Positions 54,526 to 64,000 of a stretch of 64,000 nucleotides of DNA are shown in pieces. The notes below the pieces were generated by a model that saw nothing but the letters and a program-made list of their open reading frames with translations, had not been told where the DNA came from and did no database searches. Origin of the DNA: Cyanidioschyzon merolae (lineage: Eukaryota); the NCBI GenBank assembly GCA_000091205.1, contig AP006491.2. One strand, 5' to 3'. Made by a program: the position numbers and the translations under genes. How positions within the stretch are numbered: position 1 is the stretch's first letter; each line of letters opens with the position of its first letter.

Positions 54526-56445
54526 ATGTCACTCTCCGTGCAGCGCATCCACGAGCTATGGTTAGAGGAGTTGCAGGGATTGGGCGCCGCCCCGGACCAT
54601 CCTACAGAACCGGTAAAATTCTTGCACAGCATCCAACTCCCTAATCGAGCGACGATTCCGCGCCTGGTCTGCCGCAACGGGCGCTGGCTGCTGCTTAGTC
54701 AGGAGAGGCAGCGTCTGCAGCTATTGGCCGGAACTCTTGTTCGCATTCGTGGTATGGTGCAGCACCACGGTGAAGAACAATACTGCCCTTGGGGCACCGT
54801 CAACGAGTACACCGCGACGTTTTCCTGTGGTTTCGCCCCAGAACTGGGGCCACTCGAAACCGTGACGCATGACCAGCTCGCGTCCGAGACGCCTGAAACG
54901 AACTGCTGGGTGGCGCGACGCCCGCTTTTTCTCGAGCCCGTGCCGGGCGATCGCTTCTATTCGTTCGACGAGTTTCTGGTCAGTTCGTCAAAGGGCGTCG
55001 GCGACGAGGCGGCACTCATCGACATTCTCGCAGATGATACTGCTAACAGCAACGAAAGCGGTAATGAAAGCGTTGAGCGCACCGAATGTCGTCAGTGCCC
55101 AAATGCGACACACGGAGGCCAAGTGCAGTTCAGCAGCAACGGCTGCAGTCGCGCTAGCGGCATGCCGAGTGAGGCGACGACCTTGGCGGCCCAGAGTAGG
55201 CAGGCCGCGTCCGTTGTCGTGTACACATATGGCAACATGTCTGAGCACTCCAAGCTGAATGAGATCGTGGAGGCCATTGGTTTCTTGGAACTCCGCGACG
55301 GTTCCCAGCTTTCCGGATGCCTGGATGATCGTCGCGATACTGCAGACTCGGACATTTGCACTGACATAGAGCAGCAGCTCGTTGTTCACGCGCTTCGAGT
55401 CGAATCCGCGGCTCGAGTACGTGTCGAAACGGGTGACGGATCCACGATGAACCAGATAGCTGTGTCCCGTGTTGACGAAGGAAAACTCGCAGATCCGTAC
55501 TGGCGCCTGCAGTCCTTCTTGAACAAGTTCCTCTTCCGTGACCGTGATCATCTCGCGGCGTCGTATCTTGTCTATACCTTGATCGGATCGCGAGGACCCC
55601 GACCAGCCACACGAATTGTGCTCCAACTGAGCTTGCCGCGAGACACGGACTCCATAGCGGCAAAGCGCTTCGCTCGGCGCCTGTATCGCGTGCTGGCGAT
55701 GCTGAACGTATGCTGCCAACGTCTACGCGTCTCGGTGGCGGCACTCAATGGGAGCTCCTGGACGCCGCACCAGCGTGCCGGGGAAGACCGACTGGAGCCT
55801 ACGGTGTTGCAATTGCCCCGCGAAGCTGCCTTGGTCGTTGATGAAACCTATCTCGAGTCCAGCGGTGGAAGCTTGAACCAAACAGGTGTACAGAATATGC
55901 GAACACTCGCTGATGTACTCGGTAGCGGGACCATTCGGTATCCCTACGCTTACACGGAGGGGCTGCTTTTCGAGGTTGACTGGTCCATAGTCCTGCTTAC
56001 GATTGGACGCGGCCTGGTTCCTCAGGCTATGCTGCACGCTGCGCACACCATCAAGCGTGTGCAGCTGGATGCATCCGTCTTGGATGCAGACGACGCCGGG
56101 CTCGAGAGCAATGCGCATTCGCTGCGCGACCTGCTCCCAGTGTCGGATATTGTTGCGTCCCGCGAGGCGCTGGCGTGCATACGGCATCGTGCATGGCCGA
56201 CTATTCCCGATGATGTGGCTTCTTTCATCGAGAGCGATTTCGTCCGTTTGCGCCAAGAAGCGAGAACCCGATGCCTGCAAAACATTGATGGTCCGGCAGC
56301 ACCAGACGCCGAAGCCCTCGACACCATGCTGCGCCTGGCTATCTTGGAGTCTCGAGCCCGCGGGGAGCACCAAGTCTCTAGGGAGCGTTGGGAACAGATC
56401 AGGGCTATTGAGCAGGAGCGACACCAACGTGTTTCTGGCTCATAA
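54526..56445 (+). CDS. MCMBP: MCM-binding protein (MCMBP) homolog
   Basis: Collinear blocks with metazoan MCMBP: LVRIRGMVQHHGEEQYCPWGTVNEY (cf. [26 protein letters not shown]), LFLEPVPGDR (cf. FYCVPVPGES), LVVDETYLESSGGSLNQTGVQNMRTLADVL (cf. [28 protein letters not shown]), SRERWEQIRAIEQERHQRV (cf. SRERWLRAKQLESLRRTRL). ATG at 54526. Single exon. Confidence 0.65.
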   Translation: MSLSVQRIHELWLEELQGLGAAPDHPTEPVKFLHSIQLPNRATIPRLVCRNGRWLLLSQERQRLQLLAGTLVRIRGMVQHHGEEQYCPWGTVNEYTATFSCGFAPELGPLETVTHDQLASETPETNCWVARRPLFLEPVPGDRFYSFDEFLVSSSKGVGDEAALIDILADDTANSNESGNESVERTECRQCPNATHGGQVQFSSNGCSRASGMPSEATTLAAQSRQAASVVVYTYGNMSEHSKLNEIVEAIGFLELRDGSQLSGCLDDRRDTADSDICTDIEQQLVVHALRVESAARVRVETGDGSTMNQIAVSRVDEGKLADPYWRLQSFLNKFLFRDRDHLAASYLVYTLIGSRGPRPATRIVLQLSLPRDTDSIAAKRFARRLYRVLAMLNVCCQRLRVSVAALNGSSWTPHQRAGEDRLEPTVLQLPREAALVVDETYLESSGGSLNQTGVQNMRTLADVLGSGTIRYPYAYTEGLLFEVDWSIVLLTIGRGLVPQAMLHAAHTIKRVQLDASVLDADDAGLESNAHSLRDLLPVSDIVASREALACIRHRAWPTIPDDVASFIESDFVRLRQEARTRCLQNIDGPAAPDAEALDTMLRLAILESRARGEHQVSRERWEQIRAIEQERHQRVSGS

Positions 56446-58885
56446 GTCTGGACCTCGGCAGGTCTTTGCTGGGTAGCACGTGGTGCAAGGCGTCCGCTGT
56501 CAGGCCTGCGGCGGAATGGAGCGCGGACCCAGTCCGTAGCATACCAGAGGACTTTTGAACGGCTGGCCGTAAGCAGCACATGATGCGCATCCCTTCATTC
56601 CCTGCAAGGTCAAGGTTTTCATCGTTCAGAATCAGGGACGCCAACCAGATTCCGCCCGAGCAGGCACAGCATCCATGATGGAGGCAGATGCGAGTGGCGG
56701 CGAGACGTCGAGAGCAATGCGCTACCATGCGTTGGTGCTTGGACAGCCACGTGGTGCGTTCCTCTCAAGACACTGGATGCGCCTTGCATACGGGTATCCC
56801 TGGAGCAGCTACCTAATCCCCAGATGTGGTCGACCGGCGATCAGTCGTTTTCATAGAGCCTTCGGGTCGATGCCGCGCTTCTCAGAGACAGAAATGGGCG
56901 AAGGGCACCAGAACGCGTCCGGATGCCGGCACCTCGCTTGCCGCTGCCAGGTCTTGGATGCTGCTCACAGCATAGCGCATGCTCGGGTCTTTTCAGACGA
57001 TACAGCGTCGAGACTCCCACTTCCATATCCGTTTACTGAAGCACATAGCCGGCCTTGATGACCAAAGTTCGATTCTCTGCACACCGCGGCGTCCTTGGGG
57101 AACCTTTCGCACAAGTGCCGCTGATGGCGTCTGCGATTCTCGCAGACGCCAATCCCGGTGTGCACAAGTCTGCACCAGCCACGACGCCTAGTCGTTCGAT
57201 AGAGAACTGTGTTCGATTCAAGAGCCGCACTGAACTGCTTGCTCTGTTCCTGAATTTCAATATTTTTCCGGACTTGAGATATCCAGCCTCGAGCATCGAT
57301 GTGCAGCGATAACGGATGACGGATTCATACATGGGTTAAGGATCCTCGGTCGTTTTTTTCTCAAGTGGCTGCTTCGACGCTCTGCCGCCGGCATTCCTTC
57401 CATCATCGGTATCGAGATGATTCGCCAAGGCCTCGAGCAAGCCTTCATAAAGTAACCGATATCGTGAACCAAATGAGGTATACAAGCCTCCACGCTTCTC
57501 CTTTGCTTACTTTTGGCGTGTTCAAAGCACACAAGCTTCAAGATTCGGACCTCTCTATTCCAGTACAATGCATGGGCATAACAACTCGCAAGGATGGATT
57601 GACGAGCGAACATACTCGATGCCGCCGCCTGACTTCCTGGTCACAAGCTCAGGCCGGCGCCTCGTCGATCTTGCCCAGCCAACGAATCGATTCTGTCCGA
57701 TACATACATGCACCTCTCTATATGGCCATTTACGAAACGGTATCCAACATGGCGTGATCCCTCCTCGGGAATCTGCTCCAAGAGGCTTCAGTCTGTCATG
57801 GTTGCAGGGTAAGGAGTCATGTACTCGAACTTCTATCATTGCAGCGATCGCTTCCACCGGAGCTTGCATCATCGTTTTACGCAAAGAGAGCGTGTACGGA
57901 CCCAGGTTTCTCGACTTGATCTTCAGGCCGGAATTCGCTTTCAATAGTTGTTCTATCATGGAAAAATTCGCGTTCCACAAATCCTCCGTCGAATGGGAGG
58001 GCGCGCTTCTGCGCATCCAGCCGATAGAGTACTCGCTAACGAGTTCACCTAGAAAGAGCCCGAGATCGTAGGGTACGACACTGGGCGCGAAAACGGAGGA
58101 AGGCGTCGTGCAGCGCCTTTCGTATGACACGGAAACGAGACCCAAACTTTGCCTCGTAAATTCGTGTTAGCTAGGCGGGATCCGTCCCATTAAAGTCAGA
58201 CTTGGATGTTTGAAGAAACGAGTAGGTGAGCGTGTGAGCGCTGGTCCAATAGCATGCGTTCGCTTCGCGCTCCCGCAGGCAGTAGGTCTGTCTGCGCAAC
58301 TCGCAGGCTCCCAGAATGACAATGAATCCCGACCCTGTGCCGAATAAGGCACGCCTCCAGCCGACACCCTCTATGGTATGAGAGAGCCGCTCTGCTGCCG
58401 TGCCACACCTGCACCAGCGATAAAAGCGCTCTGGTGGATACTAGCGACAGGCACTCGGCCTCAGAACAGCACCTATAAAACGACCAGTACACCCGCAAGC
58501 AGGTCCAAGTCAACGCTCTTTAAAATAGAGCGAAGCATGATGGGCGCGCTCAGTGCTTTCGATGTCCATCCCGCACAATCTGGGATCTATGGTTCATAGG
58601 AACGTTGAATCAAAATAGAACAAAAAGACTAAAACTGCCCACGATGAACGCTCCGATCTCGTCGGAGGCACGGCCGGGTGTCGTGCCGCGAGGTGCGTGC
58701 TCGCGGCGCCGCGCCGTGCGCTCGCGGCTCGACGCGGCCTGGATCTGCAGCCGCTGGATTCGCGGAAGACTTTGCACTGTAGGCGTGTGCAGCCGCAGGG
58801 AGTTGTGTGTGTGTGCTTGTGTCTGCGCGTGCGAACACCTTCTTGTTCAGACTTTGACACTTACTTAGCTTGAGCGTTTTCCAGC

Positions 58886-59875
58886 ATGCTAGGCTTTGTA
58901 TCCGGAACTGCTTCCTTGACGAAGAAACGAGGCGGCCGCTCGGCGCAAGCCTGCGGGTCGGCGGTGACGCGTCTGCGGCTGCAAGCGGGTGAGCCGCAGC
59001 CAGTTTTGGCGAAGGGCCGTCTACCCAGTGTGACAGCGTTTGCTGCTGCGGTGCTGCTGGCGGCAGCGACTCACAGCGCAGTTCTAGAGCCGGTGCAAGC
59101 GCTCACTGCTCAGGACGTGCGGCAGCTCTCGTACGAGCAGGTGAAAGGAACGGGCCTTGCCAATCGCTGCCCCGAGGTGGTTTCATCGAAGGGCAAGATA
59201 TCCCTTGACAAGACTAAGAAGTACAAGGTTGTGGATTTGTGCCTGGAACCGAAGCAGTTTCTAGTGGAGGAGGAGGTCGGCCGGCGACGTGGCGAGAGCA
59301 AGCGCGAGTTTGTGGACACCAAGCTGATGACGCGAGCAACCTACACGCTTGCGAATATCGAAGGGGAACTGGTCAATGAGAACGGAACCTGGAAGTTTAT
59401 CGAGAAGGACGGCATGGATTACGCTGCAACAACAGTCCAGATTCCGGGTGGTGAGCGTGTGCCCTTCCTCTTCTCCATCAAGAAACTTGTTGCTTCTCTC
59501 AACAACGCGGACGATGGCATCTCAACGAGTACTGAGCTTGGTGGCGAGTTCAAGGTTCCCAGCTACCGCACCGGTATGTTTCTGGATCCCAAGGGCCGAG
59601 GCATGGCCAATGGCTACGACATGGCTGTTGCGCTTCCGGCACTCGAGGCTGACGGCGCCGTGGGCCAAGAAGTCTTGCGCAAGGAGAATGACAAGGTGTT
59701 CCAGGAAACCTCGGGGCGCATCGAGCTTGCTGTGAACAAGGTTGACCCCACGAGTAACGAGATTGGAGGCGTGTTCGTGAGCGAGCAGCTCTCGGACACG
59801 GACATGGGGGCCAAGGAGCCGAAGAAGCTCCTTCTCAAGGGCGTTTTCTATGCCCGTATCCTGCCGTCAGACTAG
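58886..59875 (+). CDS. psbO: photosystem II oxygen-evolving enhancer protein 1 (PsbO, 33-kDa Mn-stabilising protein) precursor
   Basis: Mature region LSYEQVKGTGLANRCPEV...KKYKVVDLCLEP...FLDPKGRGMANGYDMAVALPA...GGVFVSEQLSDTDMGAKEPKKLLLKGVFYARI matches PsbO throughout. Bipartite presequence: non-hydrophobic Phe-containing MLGFVSGTASLTKKRGGRS..., then hydrophobic AAAVLLAAATHSAVL and VQA-L (AxA-type lumenal cleavage site). ATG at 58886. Confidence 0.9.
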   Translation: MLGFVSGTASLTKKRGGRSAQACGSAVTRLRLQAGEPQPVLAKGRLPSVTAFAAAVLLAAATHSAVLEPVQALTAQDVRQLSYEQVKGTGLANRCPEVVSSKGKISLDKTKKYKVVDLCLEPKQFLVEEEVGRRRGESKREFVDTKLMTRATYTLANIEGELVNENGTWKFIEKDGMDYAATTVQIPGGERVPFLFSIKKLVASLNNADDGISTSTELGGEFKVPSYRTGMFLDPKGRGMANGYDMAVALPALEADGAVGQEVLRKENDKVFQETSGRIELAVNKVDPTSNEIGGVFVSEQLSDTDMGAKEPKKLLLKGVFYARILPSD

Positions 59876-62800
59876 TTTCCAGGATCTCTTGCGCAAGTAT
59901 TCTAAGGATAAGGTGTGACCTGGCACGAATCCGTGCCCGCTCAGGGTCGCGGTTGCATCGGCGGGGACTTGGCGTCTTGTAGTAGTTACAACGTAAAGCA
60001 GTGAATTCTGGAATACCCGTACCAGCACGCCCTAACTGCTTTCAGGTAGGTATTCATCAAAACAAATGTTTCCTGTAGATACGAGACAGGTCGCCGGACG
60101 ACTGAATAATGACCATGCTGGCTGGCGAAAAGCGCCATGCTTGAAAAATGCAGTCATTCTACGGTCAGCGGATGGATAAGCCACGTCTCTCCTGCTCCTC
60201 ATTCTTAACGTCGTGCACCTGAAACGGTTTTTGTCAAACTCTATTGCAGGACGCTCTCCTCGTCAATCGATGCGTTGTTTAGGAAATACCACGAGAAGAG
60301 CCACAAGCAGTGCATTCTCCATTCCGTTGGTACGAGCGTTGATCAAGAGACCCGAATGGATGCAGAAAACAGCGCGCGTCTATGGGAGCGAATCCCGTGT
60401 TGATCAACGCACTGTCGACTCGAGACTGTTACGCGAACGTGCACGACATGAGGACAGACATTCGTCTCACTCGACGAAACCTCGTTCGGGGGAAACGTCA
60501 GACCTTTGTATGGGCACTCAGAGAGGAGCAATTCGGTGTTCTTTAGAAAGAGAAAAGGGATAAGACGAGAATGTCAGCCCTGGTGACGATTCGTTCGTAT
60601 GGTAGGCCCCACAAAAAGCCCACTGGACAAGAGCTTCGAAAATCCATTTTTCGTTGAAACGCTCCGAGCATATACCTATTGATATTCTTTCGCCCTGCTC
60701 GTGGATTACGTCATTTCGTATCATTCAAAAGTGGTCAAGTGGTAAGCGACTGAGATTCATGTTGAGCTGCTCTTCGCGCCAGTCAGTTCTCCCAGGTTTC
60801 ATGGAGTCCTGGACGTCTTTCCCTTTTGTCCAACGCGACTTGGACGCTCACATATCTGTAGACGGGTCACTTGCATCCGTGACACTGTTCTTCAGCACGT
60901 TACTCTCTAGTTTCAACAATTCTGGAACACACTGCTCCTCCTCTGCTCATGCTGGGCAAGGTGCTGTTCGTTTCGTGGGCGCGCTCGCGACCGAGAACAT
61001 GACAAAAAAGTACCCGAAAGATAGTAGATATCCACATGCATGGGAAAGGCGAGCCTCTGTGCTACCGTTCACCCAGTACACCTGAATCCCCTGGAAGAAA
61101 AAGATATGATGTAGAGTGACCACATCCATGGCATCCTGCCGATTAAAGAGAACGAAGAAGGCTATTGAGAAGGAACCACGAGACAATGAATTGAAAGATC
61201 CTTCCGTAAATGGAACCTGGAAGCTCAGGAAGGAGAAACTGTTGAAGCGGAAACATTGGACCAAAAAACCTGTCGAATCCTCTGCCTTGAAAATCATCAA
61301 CAGGAAGCATCTGTCGTTAGGATCTGGGACGTCGTTAGAGATCGTGTAGCCTCTCACTCGAGGAAGGAGTCGCGCATAGTTTCCCTCGTCATGAAACACC
61401 GCGTCAAGCAGTTGTTCGAGGGAGTTCCGCATGCATAGCTGCCGTCTGCCCACAATTCTACCGGAATTTCTCGATCAGATCTCTGTACGATATTCAAACC
61501 ATTGCTCGTGACAGATCATCCAACAAGGCCTGATCATTGGATCAGAGATTTCCGCAGAGAAACACATACATACATACATCCACAAACGCTTCCCAGAAAA
61601 ACTTGACGTGTTGCCGCGCTTCAAAAACGTCGGCAGGGCAAGTACCAAAAAAGAATCAAACTATCCAACTTCAAAACCCACATGTAGGTCCAGCGCTTCG
61701 CAATCTGCACTCGGTAAGCCTTGTATACTGAACTCTGTGGTCAACGAGAGTGGAGACCGATGGAAGGAATTTTTGAGGTGCCGCGGGAGGCGGATGACAA
61801 GCCCCTGGCCGAGGAGATTGAAAAGGTCGTGCGTTCGGAGCTTATGTCGCAAGGAGAGCAAGACTAAACCCAGATTGTCCCAGCTCGTTGTATTGCCATT
61901 GGCGTCGGACTAGTCGACGTCGAATCCGAAAGATGGCCGGGGACACCAGGCTGCATTCCTTGCATCTTGCGCGAAGACGATTCCCTGAACAGCACCCTCA
62001 GGAACAGAGCAGACGTTCTCTCCGAATCGGGCGCCCTGGCCTCCTCAAAAAAGCGTATGCGATGCAGTCTCCATAGGTGACATTCTGGCCTATCCCATCA
62101 GGGTCGTGAGTCATGCGCTGTCCTGTATGGTGTCTCTAGTGAGCTACGGCTGCTCTCCGCACGCAAGTGTGAAGTATTCGAACCAGCGCACGAAGCGCAC
62201 TGGCGTTGTTCGTACATGTTCTCCCGTTTTATTCATCGACAAACTGGAAAGAATATTTCGGGGACTCTACAGACAGACGGAATACCGAGGTGCAGGTACA
62301 CCACGAAACCTACGCCGCACTCGAGTAACGAGACACATTTTCAACCGGCCCAAGTGGATACAGATAAAAACGGTAGAATATTCGTGGATTCCGCTTTGCA
62401 GGGCGTTGTCGTCATCGCTGTATCTCTGAATGAAGAGCACAGAGCCAAAGTCGTGGACAGGAAGCGGTTGAACCTGATCAGTTTTTTGAAGGCTCAGTAT
62501 CATCGGAATTCGGGCATGCTAGGTGCCAGGACACCAACGAACAAGTGGAATGGAGTGACGGGGTCAGGACCGAAATCGACGCACTAAGCACCGTATTGAG
62601 CAGAAGGGGATGCTTTCGAAGCGTCGTTCAGAGACTATTGGAGCGTCCAAATGACTCATATGGATGACGTTTGGCAGAGGTACACGAAAGTCACGCTGAT
62701 GACGCCAACTGTTCCGGTTGTTTGGAGCTCCGCGACGTGCTTTCAGCAACTGGGTCAGTACGTTGGAAATAGAAACGGCGTACAAGTCGGGTATTTGGAT

Positions 62801-64000
62801 TTATTCCATGGCGATAAATACGCAGTTCAGCGCATAGCTGCGCTTATACTCCTTCAACGTGAGCGCACAACGAGTAACCGATTCCATTCTATACAATTCC
62901 CATCGAAGCAATCAGGAAGACATCCACACGTCACGAGCACGGGTGCCTGCTGAAACTGGTAGACAAGTCGCGCATGAAACAGAGCAGAACGTACGATATG
63001 GAGTCCGACCAGTTGACCAAACATCAGATGACGGTACAATCGAAAGTGAGAGGTTCGCTATGGTATGGTTCCAACGGCGAAAAGGCGCGCAAACTCTTTC
63101 CCCACCCGGTCTTGAAGGTCTCGATCGACATCCGCAAATCTGGACTACACCCGAAGGTTCCAGCGGTAAAGTTCCGCGCGAACCTGCAAGCGAATCATCT
63201 TGTACTCCATATGGACATCGTGCTGAAACGCTGAAGAATTCCACTGAGATAAAGCGTTGACCTGGGGGCTGCGGGCACTGGATTCCCATCTGGAGCAACG
63301 CACTCATATGGTACAGTTCAGCAATTCATCAAGGTAAGTGCGCCGAATGGATCTGCTTCTGGGACGGTTTCCACGGGCAACTGGTGATCCATCATTGTGT
63401 TCCAGTATTCAGTATGATTGAGAATACGACGTAAACACTGTTGGAGCACAACGCTTGAGGGCGCTCGCTGCTCCACGTGCCCAAACGCCACCAAGGAGTA
63501 GCGAGCAGCAGCAAGCATCATGCCCGTACGAGTGTGGTGTGCAGGGCACTCCTTTTGTCTGCGGATATAGCGCTTTTCATGGTTGTGGACAGGAAAATCT
63601 CACTAGATTTGTACGCCGGAGCAATGACCGGGGAAGAGAACTCAGCTTCTCCGAAGATGGGGTCCCGTTCCAATACCACCACCACCACCACCACCAGTAC
63701 GGAAGGCATGCTGCCGAGGCGTCCAGTCTTGATCCAGCGACCCTGCAGCTACTGATCCTCCCACAGACGTTTGCTGATGTGTCGCATACGCTGTGATCAA
63801 CGCGCGCTACTACTACCACTGGCAAAGCTGCGAGCTCCACCCAAAAGCAGCATGGCGTTGCAATGTCTCTGAAACGAGTGTCAGCTCGCGGCAATGTATG
63901 CAGCGTACCAAGGTGCAACTCGAGGCGTTGCTCGTCAATGCGTATCGGGCGCGCGCTCTCTCTTTCTCTCTTTCGCTTCAAATCAGCAGCCCTTGCACTT

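Noticed and set aside
57321-57360. ggatcctcg motif resembling the Fanzor 5' leader
   Set aside because: Only the 9-mer matches. Surrounding sequence and the reading frames on both strands show no similarity to the element.
1-64000. tRNA, rRNA, snRNA and CRISPR search
   Set aside because: I scanned by eye for tRNA T-loop/D-loop consensus (GGTTCGAATCC-type, TAGCTCAGT-type), 5S/U-snRNA cores and regularly spaced direct repeats, and found no convincing instance. A covariance-model scan (tRNAscan-SE, Infernal) would be needed for certainty.

Overview
The window looks like GC-rich nuclear DNA of a photosynthetic eukaryote. All calls rest on by-eye motif recognition in the supplied ORF translations; no searches were run.

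Three nuclear genes for plastid functions are present as uninterrupted single ORFs: PsbO, the cytochrome b6f Rieske protein (PetC) and MGDG synthase. PsbO and PetC carry non-hydrophobic N-terminal presequences with a Phe near the N-terminus. Other large conserved genes (RACK1, MCM-binding protein, a 1353-aa SAC-domain phosphatase) are also single ORFs. This intron-poor, primary-plastid pattern suggests a unicellular red alga of the Cyanidioschyzon type, but that is inference only.

About 15 host genes are recognisable, roughly one per 3.5-4 kb. They are PCMT, Vta1-like, a lumenal-type alpha-carbonic anhydrase, MGD1, an E2/E3BP-like protein, a coiled-coil protein, a SAC phosphatase, a twin-Cx9C protein, PetC, RACK1, a DnaJ-type zinc-finger protein, a NAGK-like protein, MCMBP, PsbO and several hypotheticals. 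Several of these enzymes carry microsatellite-encoded homopolymer inserts (polyQ, polyD).

The accessory content is a family of eukaryotic TnpB-like (Fanzor-like) elements. Three degraded ~2.2-2.6 kb copies (A 5.3-7.8 kb, B 33.2-35.2 kb, C 40.4-42.9 kb) encode an ~800-aa protein. It has a RuvC-I-like [13 protein letters not shown] motif, a VDEFRTS segment followed by a Cys-rich region, and an NRDxNAAINIRRC RuvC-III-like motif.

Four ~470-bp miniature derivatives (F1-F4) keep only the element 5' end and the last ~400 bp. That retained tail is the region that encodes the guide-RNA (omega-RNA) scaffold in TnpB/Fanzor systems.

Associated structures include a tail-to-tail junction of two 3'-truncated copies, a ~1-kb repeat abutting the 5' end of two elements, shared flanks suggestive of homing, and two further small dispersed repeat families. 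No rRNA, tRNA or CRISPR features were found by eye. The ORF track uses non-ATG starts in places, so several CDS starts were moved to the first plausible ATG.
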